From Bacteroidales bacterium (GTDB taxonomy: Bacteria > Bacteroidota > Bacteroidia > Bacteroidales > VadinHA17): DNA of 64,000 bases. A program made the position numbers and the translations under genes. The notes beneath the pieces were generated by a model. That model was not told the origin of the DNA. It saw nothing but the letters and a program-made list of their open reading frames with translations, and searched no databases. The stretch lies in the NCBI GenBank assembly GCA_035541795.1, contig DATKMR010000001.1, positions 584,396 to 648,395 of the forward strand, read 5' to 3'. Below are positions 21,028-30,829 of this stretch, piece after piece; the first letter of the stretch is position 1, and every line of letters starts with the position of its first letter.

Positions 21028-22437
21028 TTAATATGGCATTGTTATAGTAAAGATACTACCTTTTCCCGGTTTACTGGAAACTGTTACATCTCCTCCATGT
21101 GATTCGGCAATTCTTTTCACATAATATAGCCCGAGCCCGAGCCCTTTTGTCTTGTGAATATTTCCCTGGGATACACGGTAGAACTTGTCAAATATATGCT
21201 TTTGTTCCGATTTTTCAATTCCAACACCGTTGTCGGTAATACTGATGCTGAAAAACTCCCTGTCGCGGCTTGCCTCAACGTTTATCTTCGGTTCCTTGTC
21301 GGAGTATTTGACAGCATTGGTGAGCAGATTGTTGATCATGGTGGTGAAATAAACCAGGTCAATGTCGGCTCTTAGTCCCTGCAGGTCATATTTCTGCTCT
21401 ATGCCGGCACAATTACCGCAGCCGGTTTTAAAGCTTTCCACAATATCCTTCAGCAGGTCTTCAATCTCGACAGTCTTCTTCTCGAGCTGGAACTGGGTTC
21501 TTTCCCACATGCTGATCTCAAGAATCAGGTTAATAAGCTGATTCAGGTGCACGCTCTGCTTGCCGATCAGCTTTGCGGTCTCCAGCACCTTATCACTGTC
21601 GGTCCTGATCCTTTCAATCTCAAGTGTCTTTCCGGCAACCGTAATTGTCGAAAGAGGAGTTTTAAGCTCGTGGGTCATGTTGTTTATGAAATCGGTCTTC
21701 AGGTTTGAGAGGCGCTTTTCTTCCATGAGGTTCCTGTATGTTACCAGGAAGATTATGACAACAACAATAATACTGAATGCACTCAGGAGGAGATACACGG
21801 TCATACTCCTGAGAACGAGGGCCTGCTTGTGCGAGAAATCGATGTAATAATCGAAATTCAGGCTGTAATAATTGCGTTCCCTGAAAAAATTGTTTACAAG
21901 GATCCTCGGTTTTATTTTTGCCACGTGCGGGGGAGAAATTTTTTCGACACCCTGTTTCATCTTAACGAAATCGGGACTGCTGTAAATATCGAGCTTGGAA
22001 CCGAAATCAAGCAGCTGCAGCGAATTTATCTCGATTTTATATTTAAAGTCACTCTCGAAACCCTGTTTCTTAAAATAATCCGACAGGTAGGTACTGAGGC
22101 CCTGGAGTTCATTGAGGATTTTAGTGACCCCCTCGAAGACTTCTTTTTTCAGTGATGCAAGATCCGAATCATTCAGTGTCTTCCCGTTATTAATCTCCTT
22201 GCTCCACACATCCTGGGCATATTTGTCAATAAGGTCCAACGCATTATCAAAGCCGTCGGTATGGCTTGCCCGCCTCAGCTGATCCATGGCTTCTCTGGAT
22301 AATGTCTTGTATTTCAGATCGAACATTACATCTTTTTCTTTCCAGATATCCTTTATAATGAAGAATTGTACCATGACCAGTACAATTATTGATATAATGC
22401 CCGAAATCAAAACGTAGTCTTTCTTTTTCATTGACAC
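21028..22437 (-). CDS. Membrane sensor histidine kinase (RprX-like)
   Basis: Two TM helices, NMTHELKTP H-box, NAVKY, DNGVG, GLGLGL. Confidence 0.93.
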   Translation of the reverse strand: MSMKKKDYVLISGIISIIVLVMVQFFIIKDIWKEKDVMFDLKYKTLSREAMDQLRRASHTDGFDNALDLIDKYAQDVWSKEINNGKTLNDSDLASLKKEVFEGVTKILNELQGLSTYLSDYFKKQGFESDFKYKIEINSLQLLDFGSKLDIYSSPDFVKMKQGVEKISPPHVAKIKPRILVNNFFRERNYYSLNFDYYIDFSHKQALVLRSMTVYLLLSAFSIIVVVIIFLVTYRNLMEEKRLSNLKTDFINNMTHELKTPLSTITVAGKTLEIERIRTDSDKVLETAKLIGKQSVHLNQLINLILEISMWERTQFQLEKKTVEIEDLLKDIVESFKTGCGNCAGIEQKYDLQGLRADIDLVYFTTMINNLLTNAVKYSDKEPKINVEASRDREFFSISITDNGVGIEKSEQKHIFDKFYRVSQGNIHKTKGLGLGLYYVKRIAESHGGDVTVSSKPGKGSIFTITMPY

Positions 22438-22495
22438 TGATTATATGGTATAAAATTATTCATTTTACCCTTATCATACCAAATGGGCCACCAGA

Positions 22496-22522
22496 TTAAC
22501 CCTGCGTTAACCCTGCATTAAC
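22496..22522. promoter_or_regulatory. Three TTAAC direct repeats at 11-bp spacing (putative response-regulator operator)
   Basis: ttaaccctgcg ttaaccctgca ttaac at 22496, 22507 and 22518. Confidence 0.65.
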
Positions 22523-22581
22523 ATGACAGGTGCTGAAGGCGTTGTAATTTTACATTGTAAACTTAAACCAGGGAGGCAGTC

Positions 22582-23268
22582 ATGAAAAAAAGTATTTTAT
22601 TAACCTTTTCCTTGATGGTAGCAGTCTGTCTGTCGTTTCAGCATCTGAATGGTCAGGAGAAGACACAGGAACAGAAAGAGAAGGATGAAAAACTTCGGAT
22701 GGCTATTGAGGCACAGAAAAAAGCAATTGCCGATCAGAAAAAGGCATTTGATCTTCAGCAGCTTGAATTTGATAAGAGTTTGCAGGATGCCAACGAAGCC
22801 GTTGACAAGACCACAGGTACCATAAGCGTTATAGGCAGGAGTAAGCCCAGGATAAGCAGGGATTTCAGCAGCCACTCATACTTTGTGACACCCGATGCAA
22901 ATTTTAGCGGTAATGGGTTCTTTTTCAATAACGGGGGGGATGGCGAGAGGACCACATGGGATTTTTCCAAGTATGTAAAGGAGGCTACTTTTTCGAAGCA
23001 GTATTCCTTCGATGTTGAGAACAGTGCCGAATCGGTGGTAATGATGGTGATGGGCGATTGCAAGGAAGGTGAGATCAGGGTTAAAATAATTATGCCGGGC
23101 GGAAAGGTTTACTCAGACATACTGATTGATGAATCGGGTAATCTCAACTGGAGAAAGTCCTTTACAATCTCTGATACCGAGAACAAGGATAAAGCCGGTG
23201 AATGGCTCTTCAAGATTGAAGCTACAAAAGCAACGGGTTCATTCAAAATCTCACTTCAGACCTATTAA
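22582..23268 (+). CDS. Secreted hypothetical protein (coiled coil plus beta-rich C-domain)
   Basis: Signal peptide, E/K/Q-rich helix, beta-strand-rich C-terminus. Confidence 0.75.
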   Translation: MKKSILLTFSLMVAVCLSFQHLNGQEKTQEQKEKDEKLRMAIEAQKKAIADQKKAFDLQQLEFDKSLQDANEAVDKTTGTISVIGRSKPRISRDFSSHSYFVTPDANFSGNGFFFNNGGDGERTTWDFSKYVKEATFSKQYSFDVENSAESVVMMVMGDCKEGEIRVKIIMPGGKVYSDILIDESGNLNWRKSFTISDTENKDKAGEWLFKIEATKATGSFKISLQTY

Positions 23269-23280
23269 CTTTCATTCCTG

Positions 23281-23313
23281 AAAAGAGGGTGTCCCGAACA
23301 GGCACCCTTTTTT
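23281..23313. terminator. Bidirectional intrinsic terminator
   Basis: aaaagagggtgtc...ggcacccttttttt between convergent genes. Confidence 0.7.
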
Positions 23314-23807
23314 TATGCCCAGCTGTCAGACGATGGCCCCCTCATCCTGAAAGACTTCGAAAAAGTCGAATCATGTTCAGGATCCCAGAGCTTGTTGATT
23401 ATAAATTCCCCTGTCTTATTATTGAAATAACCCAGTATATGTTTTGGTGAGATGGTATAGATAAGTTCGTCATTGTCGCCATAATATGGCTTTGTTATTG
23501 TCATTACCTCCTCGATACCGGTATCGAACTCATTGGAAATACGGGTGTATTTGTCGTATGTCACTTTCGGGATGGCAATAATCATCGTGTAGGAGCCATA
23601 GTCCTTTCTCTGAAAAAGAAAATATGTCACTTCAATGGGTTCTGCAGGATTTACCCTGTCGGTGGAATGTGGCAGCTGATTCTCGAAGATGAAGCCCTCG
23701 TGCATTATATTCTCGGCTATGATCTTCTCTTTTGTGTTATGAAGGAAGAAGTAGCAGTTCCCGTATTCATTCAGGAGCGCTGCCAGTATCTCTCCTTTAT
23801 TCTTCAT
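23313..23807 (-). CDS. Hypothetical protein (possible ADP-ribosyltransferase-like fold)
   Basis: Stand-alone 164-aa ORF filling the gap; FLHNT...NIMHEGF and ISPKHILG patterns. Confidence 0.65.
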   Translation of the reverse strand: MKNKGEILAALLNEYGNCYFFLHNTKEKIIAENIMHEGFIFENQLPHSTDRVNPAEPIEVTYFLFQRKDYGSYTMIIAIPKVTYDKYTRISNEFDTGIEEVMTITKPYYGDNDELIYTISPKHILGYFNNKTGEFIINKLWDPEHDSTFSKSFRMRGPSSDSWA

Positions 23808-23917
23808 TCAGCAGTGATATAATGAAAAGCAACCAAATTTAGCTTATATTATTTTATTTACAACACTTATCCCTGTTGTAATGTTATATATTAAATTTGT
23901 GGCGTTTCCGGTCAGAA

Positions 23918-24787
23918 ATGAAAAAAACAGTTAAATATCTTTTTATCCTGCTGCTTGTTTCATGTGCCGGTCCTTCCGGATCAGGAAAAATGGACGTGAT
24001 AACAGTAAGCATTGCCCCTTTCAGGTACTTTGTTGAAGCCATAGCCGGCAGCGATTACGATGTAAATATAATGGTCCCTTCATCTGCCGACCCCCATGTT
24101 TACGAACCTGTCCCGGGTCAGGTAACACAGCTGAGCAGGTCCGCTGCATACGTGAGTAACGGGTACCTTGGATTTGAAATTACCTGGCTCGACAGGTTTT
24201 ATGAATCGAATCCCGGAATGAAGAAAGTATCTCTGGCAAATAATATTACCCTGATCGAGGCTGAGGAACACCACTCACCAGGAACTGAAGGTGCCGATCC
24301 GCATTACTGGTCCTCACCAAAATCAGCATATGCTATGGCAGCAACCGTAAGGGACCTTTTGTGCTCGCTGAAGCCCGACAGCTGTAAAAAATATGAAAGG
24401 AATTACTCGGTACTTATCGATACAATAAAATCACTCGACGAAAAGGCAACGAGGCTGTTTTCAGGTTACAGGGGCAGGTCCTTCATGATTTTTCACCCCG
24501 CGCTTGCATACCTGGCACGTGACTATAACCTTGCTGAGATCGCGGTGGAGAATGAGGGAAAGGAACCTTCTCCCTCGTCAATGAAAAGGCTCATAGATGA
24601 GGCAAAAGAGAAAAAAATAAAGATAATTTTCATTCAGAAAGGGTTCGATACCAAAAACGCCGGGGCAATCGCGGCCGAAACAGGCGCGGAACTGGTTGCT
24701 CTTGATCCCCTGGGGGATAACTGGGCCGCGGAGGAATCAGCTATTCTGGATGCTGTTCACGGGAGTCTGGTAAAAAGTTCAATCTAG
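23918..24787 (+). CDS. znuA: Zn/Mn ABC transporter substrate-binding lipoprotein
   Basis: Lipobox VSC, DPHVYEP, DPHYW, FHPA, EGKEP. Confidence 0.88.
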   Translation: MKKTVKYLFILLLVSCAGPSGSGKMDVITVSIAPFRYFVEAIAGSDYDVNIMVPSSADPHVYEPVPGQVTQLSRSAAYVSNGYLGFEITWLDRFYESNPGMKKVSLANNITLIEAEEHHSPGTEGADPHYWSSPKSAYAMAATVRDLLCSLKPDSCKKYERNYSVLIDTIKSLDEKATRLFSGYRGRSFMIFHPALAYLARDYNLAEIAVENEGKEPSPSSMKRLIDEAKEKKIKIIFIQKGFDTKNAGAIAAETGAELVALDPLGDNWAAEESAILDAVHGSLVKSSI

Positions 24788-25534
24788 ATGGCATTTCTTT
24801 TCAAGATCAAATCACTTACGGCAGGGTACGATGAACACGTTGTACTCGACAATATTGATTTTACTGTCAGCGAAAACGACTTTATCGGAGTCATAGGTCC
24901 TAACGGAGGGGGTAAAACTACACTTCTGAAGATAATTCTGGGTTTGCTGAAACCAATCTCGGGAAGCGTCGAATTCAACGAACCTCTTCTGAAACGAAGC
25001 AGGATCGGCTACCTTCCTCAGATGTCAGCCGGCGATAATTCATTCCCTGTCACGGTAACAGACGTTATCCTTTCCGGACTCATGATCGAGAAGGGCGTGG
25101 CCGGGCGAATGTCAGCTGAAGACAGGAAGAAGGCATCGGCAGTAATCTCCGACCTTGGCCTTGAGAAGATAAAAGCCAAACCGCTTACGCAGCTCTCCGG
25201 CGGACAGCTGCAAAGAGTTTTCCTGGGCAGGGCAATTATAGGTGCCCCCAGGCTTCTCCTTCTCGACGAGCCGGATAATTTTGTCGACACATCGTTTGAA
25301 CTCGATTTCTATGAGAAGCTGCATGAACTGAACGAGCGGATGGGCATTCTCATGGTTTCACATGATGTAGGCACAATCTCTTCACATGTCAAATCATTTG
25401 CCTGCGTCAACAGGAAGCTTCATTACCATCCTTCTCCTGAAATTACAAATGAGCAGCTTTCGGAGTACAACTGCCCCATCCAGCTTGTCACCCACGGGAG
25501 GGTTCCACATACAGTTTTACAAAAACACGAATGA
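24788..25534 (+). CDS. znuC: Metal ABC transporter ATPase
   Basis: GPNGGGKT, LSGGQ, LLLDEP, VSHD. Confidence 0.88.
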   Translation: MAFLFKIKSLTAGYDEHVVLDNIDFTVSENDFIGVIGPNGGGKTTLLKIILGLLKPISGSVEFNEPLLKRSRIGYLPQMSAGDNSFPVTVTDVILSGLMIEKGVAGRMSAEDRKKASAVISDLGLEKIKAKPLTQLSGGQLQRVFLGRAIIGAPRLLLLDEPDNFVDTSFELDFYEKLHELNERMGILMVSHDVGTISSHVKSFACVNRKLHYHPSPEITNEQLSEYNCPIQLVTHGRVPHTVLQKHE

Positions 25535-26355
25535 TGGCAGGTTCGATCTTTCAATACGATTTTGTGATAAAAGGCCTGCTCGGTGCCATATTCGCAAGCA
25601 TAACTGCAGGAATAGCCGGAACTTATATAGTATCGCGAAGGCTCGTTTTCCTGAGCGGAGGAATAACACATGCCTCCTTCGGGGGTATAGGAATAGGGTA
25701 TTTTACAGGCATCAGCCCTATACTGGGAGCCGCTGTATTTGCAGTAATGTCGGCTCTTGGAATTGAATTTCTGTCTGTAAATCAGAAGATAAGGGAGGAT
25801 TCCGCGATAGGGATATTATGGGCGCTTGGAATGGCCATAGGAATAATTTTTATCTACCTGACACCTGGCTATACACCGAACCTGATGAGCTATCTTTTCG
25901 GCAGTATACTTACTGTAACCAACGCCGATATCATTGCCCTCGGGATACTTTCAATAGTCCTGATAATCTATTTCGCGGTATTCTACAGGACGATCCTGTA
26001 TATCTCTTTCGATGAAGGCTATGCCCGGACATATTCCTCATACGTGGATGTTTTCAAATATGTCACCATTTCACTGATGGCCATAACTATTGTGATGAAC
26101 ATCAGGATGGCAGGCGTAGTGCTGGTTATCTCTTTGCTGACAATCCCTCCGAATATTGCGATGATTTTCACCAAACGTTACAAAAGGATTATCATCTGGT
26201 CAGTCGTGACCGGGTTCGCGGGAACGGCGGCAGGGTACTATGTATCCTTCGTGGCGGGAATTCCTCCCGGGGCCACAATTATCTTTGCACTTGTCCTGTT
26301 GTGGGTGCTATGCAAGCTGACCTTCACACTCGTGAGGAAACTTAAACTGGTATGA
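25531..26355 (+). CDS. znuB: Metal ABC transporter permease
   Basis: Multi-TM; GITHASFGG, YLFGSIL, SFDE. Confidence 0.88.
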   Translation: MMAGSIFQYDFVIKGLLGAIFASITAGIAGTYIVSRRLVFLSGGITHASFGGIGIGYFTGISPILGAAVFAVMSALGIEFLSVNQKIREDSAIGILWALGMAIGIIFIYLTPGYTPNLMSYLFGSILTVTNADIIALGILSIVLIIYFAVFYRTILYISFDEGYARTYSSYVDVFKYVTISLMAITIVMNIRMAGVVLVISLLTIPPNIAMIFTKRYKRIIIWSVVTGFAGTAAGYYVSFVAGIPPGATIIFALVLLWVLCKLTFTLVRKLKLV

Positions 26356-26380
26356 TTTGTTAGATATAAAAGAGAACAAG

Positions 26381-27772
26381 ATGAAATATGATATTATTGT
26401 AATCGGAAGCGGCCCCGGGGGATATGTTGCAGCTATAAGGGCATCACAGCTGAAAATGAAGGTTATTGTTGTTGAGAAGGCTGAGATCGGCGGAATTTGT
26501 CTTAACTGGGGTTGTATCCCTACCAAATCGCTGCTGAAAAGTGCCCAGGTTTTTGAATATATCAGGCATGCTGCCGATTATGGTGTAACGGTATCCGGAG
26601 ACGTGAAGCCCGACTTCAGTGCAATTGTGAGGAGGAGCAGGTCTGTTGCCGAAGGTATGAGCAAGGGTGTACAGTTCCTTTTTAAGAAGAACAATATTGA
26701 ACAGATCAAAGGCACCGGAAGGCTTGCTGGAAACGGCGAAGTGGAAGTGACCGACAGCGACGGGCAGAATACCAGGATTTCAGCAAATCATATCATTATT
26801 GCCACAGGGGCAAGATCCAAGGAACTTCCAAACCTGAGGCAGGACGGCAAGAAAATCATAGGATACCGTGAGGCAATGACCCTGCCTTCGCAGCCTTCAA
26901 GCATGATCGTTGTAGGATCGGGAGCCATCGGGAGCGAATTCGCAAATTTCTACCAGTCAATAGGCACCGATGTGACTCTTGTTGAATTCCTGCCGAGGAT
27001 CGTTCCGAATGAGGATGAGGAGGTTTCTAAACAGCTCGAAAGATCTTTTAAAAAGATGAAGATGAAGATTCTCACTGGGTCGACCGTGGAATCGGCGGAC
27101 ACTTCAGGAGAAAAATGCAGGGTCACTGTAAAAACACCAAAGGGAAATGAAGTCATCGTGGCTGATATCGTCTTGTCGGCTGTCGGGGTTGCCACAAACA
27201 TTGAGGGAATAGGCCTTGAGGAAACAGGGGTCACAACCGATAAGGGCAAGATAATTGTTGATGACTTTTACAGGACATCGGTACCGGGAATCTACGCTAT
27301 CGGCGATGTGGTTAAAGGGCCGGCCCTTGCTCATGTGGCATCGGCTGAGGCAATCGCATGCGTTGAAAAGATAGCAGGACTTGATGTGCATCCTGTCGAC
27401 TATTCAAATATCCCTGCCTGTACCTACACGACTCCCGAAATTGCATCCTGCGGGTTAACCGAACAGGCTGCACGGGATGCAGGCTACGAGATAAAAGTCG
27501 GGAAATTTCCATATACGGCATCGGGAAAGGCAAGCGCGGCGGGTGAGAAAGATGGCTTCATCAAGCTGATTTTTGATGCAGGTTATGGTGAGCTTCTTGG
27601 CGCCCATATGATTGGTCATAATGTCACAGAAATGATAGCGGAGATAGTTGTGGCCCGCAACCTGGAGACCACGGCTCATGAAATCATCAAGTCTGTTCAT
27701 CCCCATCCGACAATGTCAGAGGCCATTATGGAGGCCGCAGCAGCTGCCTACGGGGAGGTAATTCACCTGTAA
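26381..27772 (+). CDS. lpdA: Dihydrolipoyl dehydrogenase
   Basis: GSGPGG, GGICLNWGCIPTK, GSGAIG, HPHPTMSE. Confidence 0.96.
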   Translation: MKYDIIVIGSGPGGYVAAIRASQLKMKVIVVEKAEIGGICLNWGCIPTKSLLKSAQVFEYIRHAADYGVTVSGDVKPDFSAIVRRSRSVAEGMSKGVQFLFKKNNIEQIKGTGRLAGNGEVEVTDSDGQNTRISANHIIIATGARSKELPNLRQDGKKIIGYREAMTLPSQPSSMIVVGSGAIGSEFANFYQSIGTDVTLVEFLPRIVPNEDEEVSKQLERSFKKMKMKILTGSTVESADTSGEKCRVTVKTPKGNEVIVADIVLSAVGVATNIEGIGLEETGVTTDKGKIIVDDFYRTSVPGIYAIGDVVKGPALAHVASAEAIACVEKIAGLDVHPVDYSNIPACTYTTPEIASCGLTEQAARDAGYEIKVGKFPYTASGKASAAGEKDGFIKLIFDAGYGELLGAHMIGHNVTEMIAEIVVARNLETTAHEIIKSVHPHPTMSEAIMEAAAAAYGEVIHL

Positions 27773-27773
27773 C

Positions 27774-27801
27774 GCAACCTTTTCGGGTGTCTTTTCATCA
27801 T
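27774..27801 (+). promoter_or_regulatory. Putative ECF autoregulatory promoter GCAACC-N16-CATCAT
   Basis: AAC -35 with a 16-nt spacer upstream of the ECF sigma gene. Confidence 0.35.
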
Positions 27802-27868
27802 TGATTTGAGATAATACTGGTTTTTAAGCCGGAATTTATTATATTTATATCCCTTTCAGGAGAAATCC

Positions 27869-28429
27869 GTGAGCGATATAAAGAATATAATAAAAGGCTG
27901 TCTTGCCGGAGACAGAAGGGACCAGGAGCTTCTGTACAGGCGCCATTCAGCAAAACTGTATGCTGTTTGCCTCCAGTATTCAGGCAATGACGAAGAAGCC
28001 AGGGATATTCTTCAGGAGGGGTTTATCAAGATTTTTGAGAACCTCCGGAACTATAAGCATGAAGGTTCTTTCGAAGGATGGATGAGAAAGATTGTAGTTA
28101 ATACGGCCCTTGAAAAATTCAGGAGCAGGCATAACCTCTTCAGGGTTGACGACATTGATACAATATCAGAACCCGAAGCGGACCCTGATACCGAAGATTA
28201 TTCGGGACTGGAAGCGATGGAACTTCTCTTTATCATAAGGGAGCTGCCACCAAAATACAGGATGGTCTTCAATCTATATGCGATCGAAGGCTATTCACAC
28301 AAGGAAATTGGCGACATGCTGAATATTTCTGAAGGAACATCAAAATCAAACCTTTCGAGGGCCAGGATCATACTTCAGAGAAAAGTCGGAACTTATACAG
28401 GTATAAGAAGGAAGGCAATAAATGGCTGA
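27869..28429 (+). CDS. ECF RNA polymerase sigma factor
   Basis: DILQEGFIKIF, FEGWMRKIVVN, region 4 YSHKEIG...GTSKSNLSRAR. Confidence 0.93.
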   Translation: MSDIKNIIKGCLAGDRRDQELLYRRHSAKLYAVCLQYSGNDEEARDILQEGFIKIFENLRNYKHEGSFEGWMRKIVVNTALEKFRSRHNLFRVDDIDTISEPEADPDTEDYSGLEAMELLFIIRELPPKYRMVFNLYAIEGYSHKEIGDMLNISEGTSKSNLSRARIILQRKVGTYTGIRRKAING

Positions 28430-29744
28430 TCATTATTCAAATATTGATCTTGTTTTCAGAAATGGCCTAAGGGAGTTCGAGGTACTGCCTCCTTCGGATG
28501 CGTGGGATGGAATTCGTCCTCCACTGAGGAAAAAGAGCGAGGCTGCCATGTATCTTAAAGCTGCTGCAATTGCAGGTTTCCTGGTTGGCGGCAGTACCCT
28601 GGCATGGTTCCTTTCGGGATCACTCCGCGATGATTTCAATGGCCCCGCGATAACACTGAACCAGGATTTCAGGCCCGAAGGCAAATACATCTATTCCGCG
28701 AAAAAAGGGAGCTTCATACACAATATTGCCGCAGTATCGTCAGGTGCCGGTGAAACGGAGGGCATAAATACTGACGGGTTCACTGCCGGGTCAGAAGTAC
28801 AGAAGGATTCCGGGATATCGCCTGTTGCGGTAACAGGGTCATTCCTCCAGGCAGGCATGGGAGAGGATAAATTTATTATCCGCCCGTTGCTGAAGTCAGC
28901 ACCCATTGCTGCCTTGCCTGAGATTAATGAAAAATCGTTTATTTACGCCCCGAACGACCAGTCATCTGCCGCAACCCTTAAAGGCAGGTGGAGCCTCGGT
29001 GCCTTCATGACACCGGCTTACTATTCAAAGTTCCTTATTCAGGGGAACGCCTTTGATAAATCGCTTGCATCTTCTGAGAATTCAGCATTATCCTATTCGG
29101 GCGGTATGTCCGTGGCATATAAGTTCAATAAACGGTTCAGCGTGCAGATGGGAGTATATTACAACTCGCTGAACCAGCAGATCGACGAGGTCAAATCATA
29201 TGCGGGTTTCACCTCCCTTTACAGCGCCAAAGGGTTTGGATTTTCAGTCGAAACATCTAACGGAACAATAATATCGGGTAATAAGGACATCTATCTTGCC
29301 AATAACGGAACATCGTCGAAAGTGAGCAGCTACCTTGCGGGCGATAATTTTGATCCCGCAAAGGCAGGACTGAGCTATATCAGCAATTCGATCCTTCAGA
29401 ACTTCAACTATCTTGAAGTTCCTTTCCTGGTCAGATACAAGGTCATTGACAGGTCGCTGGGTATGAACGTGATCGGGGGTTTCTCCTACAACCAGCTACT
29501 GAATAACTCGGCTTATGCCCTTGCCAATGGCAATAAATACCTTATCGGGAGTACTGACGGGATATTGCCGGTCACACTATCGGGTTCCTTCGGACTTGGA
29601 ATGGAGTACAGTTTTTCGGGCCACCTTTCCTTCAGCTTAGAGCCAACCCTGAGATACTTCCTGACACCCATGAGCAGCCAGTCAAGCTCTTCGGTTCATC
29701 CCTATACCTTCGGTATTTTCTCGGGCCTCTCCTGGCGATTCTGA
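28422..29744 (+). CDS. Putative anti-sigma factor with TM helix and C-terminal OM beta-barrel
   Basis: Overlaps the sigma stop; N-terminal FRNGLREFEVLPPSDAWDGI, TM segment, linker, barrel with YLEVP and terminal WRF. Confidence 0.75.
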   Translation: MADHYSNIDLVFRNGLREFEVLPPSDAWDGIRPPLRKKSEAAMYLKAAAIAGFLVGGSTLAWFLSGSLRDDFNGPAITLNQDFRPEGKYIYSAKKGSFIHNIAAVSSGAGETEGINTDGFTAGSEVQKDSGISPVAVTGSFLQAGMGEDKFIIRPLLKSAPIAALPEINEKSFIYAPNDQSSAATLKGRWSLGAFMTPAYYSKFLIQGNAFDKSLASSENSALSYSGGMSVAYKFNKRFSVQMGVYYNSLNQQIDEVKSYAGFTSLYSAKGFGFSVETSNGTIISGNKDIYLANNGTSSKVSSYLAGDNFDPAKAGLSYISNSILQNFNYLEVPFLVRYKVIDRSLGMNVIGGFSYNQLLNNSAYALANGNKYLIGSTDGILPVTLSGSFGLGMEYSFSGHLSFSLEPTLRYFLTPMSSQSSSSVHPYTFGIFSGLSWRF

Positions 29745-29846
29745 CTTTAATCCATCCTTCGGCAGTCATTGACCCAACTTGGAGATTGGGTTATGCTCTC
29801 TTCACGGGTAAAAACATTACCTTTGCATTCTGATTTTAAAACAACT

Positions 29847-30809
29847 TTGAAGGTGAATATTCTGAACAGGAAAGCTGCGGTGGTAATAATTATCACAATG
29901 TTCGTGGCAGGAGCCGGGCTTGTCGCAATTCTGGGTTTTAGTAACCTTTCGCCTGCTGTGTCCGGCAAACCAACGGGTACAGGAAATCCTTCGTATGTAT
30001 ATAAACTACCCGACAGCATGTTTTTTGCCGGTGAAAGAATGCCTCTTGAGAATATCGATACGCGTGAAAGCCTTGAACGTGAGATAATAACCACGGCTTA
30101 CAGGCATTCATCAACAATTCTTATCATAAAGAAAAGCCACAGGTTCTTCCCGTTGATTGAAAAGATACTTGCACAGAACGGGATACCCGATGACTTCAAA
30201 TACCTGGTAGCAGCCGAATCCGACATGCTGAACCAGGTCTCCCCGGCAGGGGCAACCGGATTCTGGCAGATAATGGCTGAGACAGGGAAGGAGCAGGGCC
30301 TGGAGATAAACAACGAGGTTGATGAGAGGTACAATCTCGAGAAAGCCACAAAGTTTGCATGCGACTTCTTCCGAAAGTCGTACGACAGGTACGGGAACTG
30401 GACTCTCGCAGCAGCTTCGTACGACGGAGGGAGAAACGCCATCGATGAGCAGATTTCAATACAGAGGGAAAAAAATTATTATGACCTTTTACTGGCAGAT
30501 GAAACTGCAAGGTATATTTTCAGGGTCGTGGCATATAAAATTATTATGAACGACCCGGCAGCCTATGGCTTTGAACTTACTGAAAAGGATTACTATCCCG
30601 AATTGAAGTTTACGGAGATCAGGATTGATTCGGGAGTTTCCGATTTTACCTCCTTTGCAAGGTCTTTCGGGACGAACTATAAGAATCTGAAAATGATGAA
30701 CCCCTGGCTGAGAAAGCCATATCTCACAAACAGGTCAAGAAAATCCTACCTGATTAAAATTCCTGAGAAAGGCAGCAGGGGAACAGGCTTCTACGAGAAC
30801 AATAAATAA
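29847..30809 (+). CDS. Lytic transglycosylase (SLT, MltD-like)
   Basis: [36 protein letters not shown] box at 29818-29825 argues for a start later than the ORF-track start. Confidence 0.88.
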   Translation: MKVNILNRKAAVVIIITMFVAGAGLVAILGFSNLSPAVSGKPTGTGNPSYVYKLPDSMFFAGERMPLENIDTRESLEREIITTAYRHSSTILIIKKSHRFFPLIEKILAQNGIPDDFKYLVAAESDMLNQVSPAGATGFWQIMAETGKEQGLEINNEVDERYNLEKATKFACDFFRKSYDRYGNWTLAAASYDGGRNAIDEQISIQREKNYYDLLLADETARYIFRVVAYKIIMNDPAAYGFELTEKDYYPELKFTEIRIDSGVSDFTSFARSFGTNYKNLKMMNPWLRKPYLTNRSRKSYLIKIPEKGSRGTGFYENNK

Positions 30810-30829
30810 GAAGGTCGCTCCAGGATACG

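Noticed and set aside
23876..23900. Zur-like box upstream of znuA (gtaatgttata...)
   Set aside because: Only a half-site; the palindrome is poor and the region is AT-rich promoter sequence.
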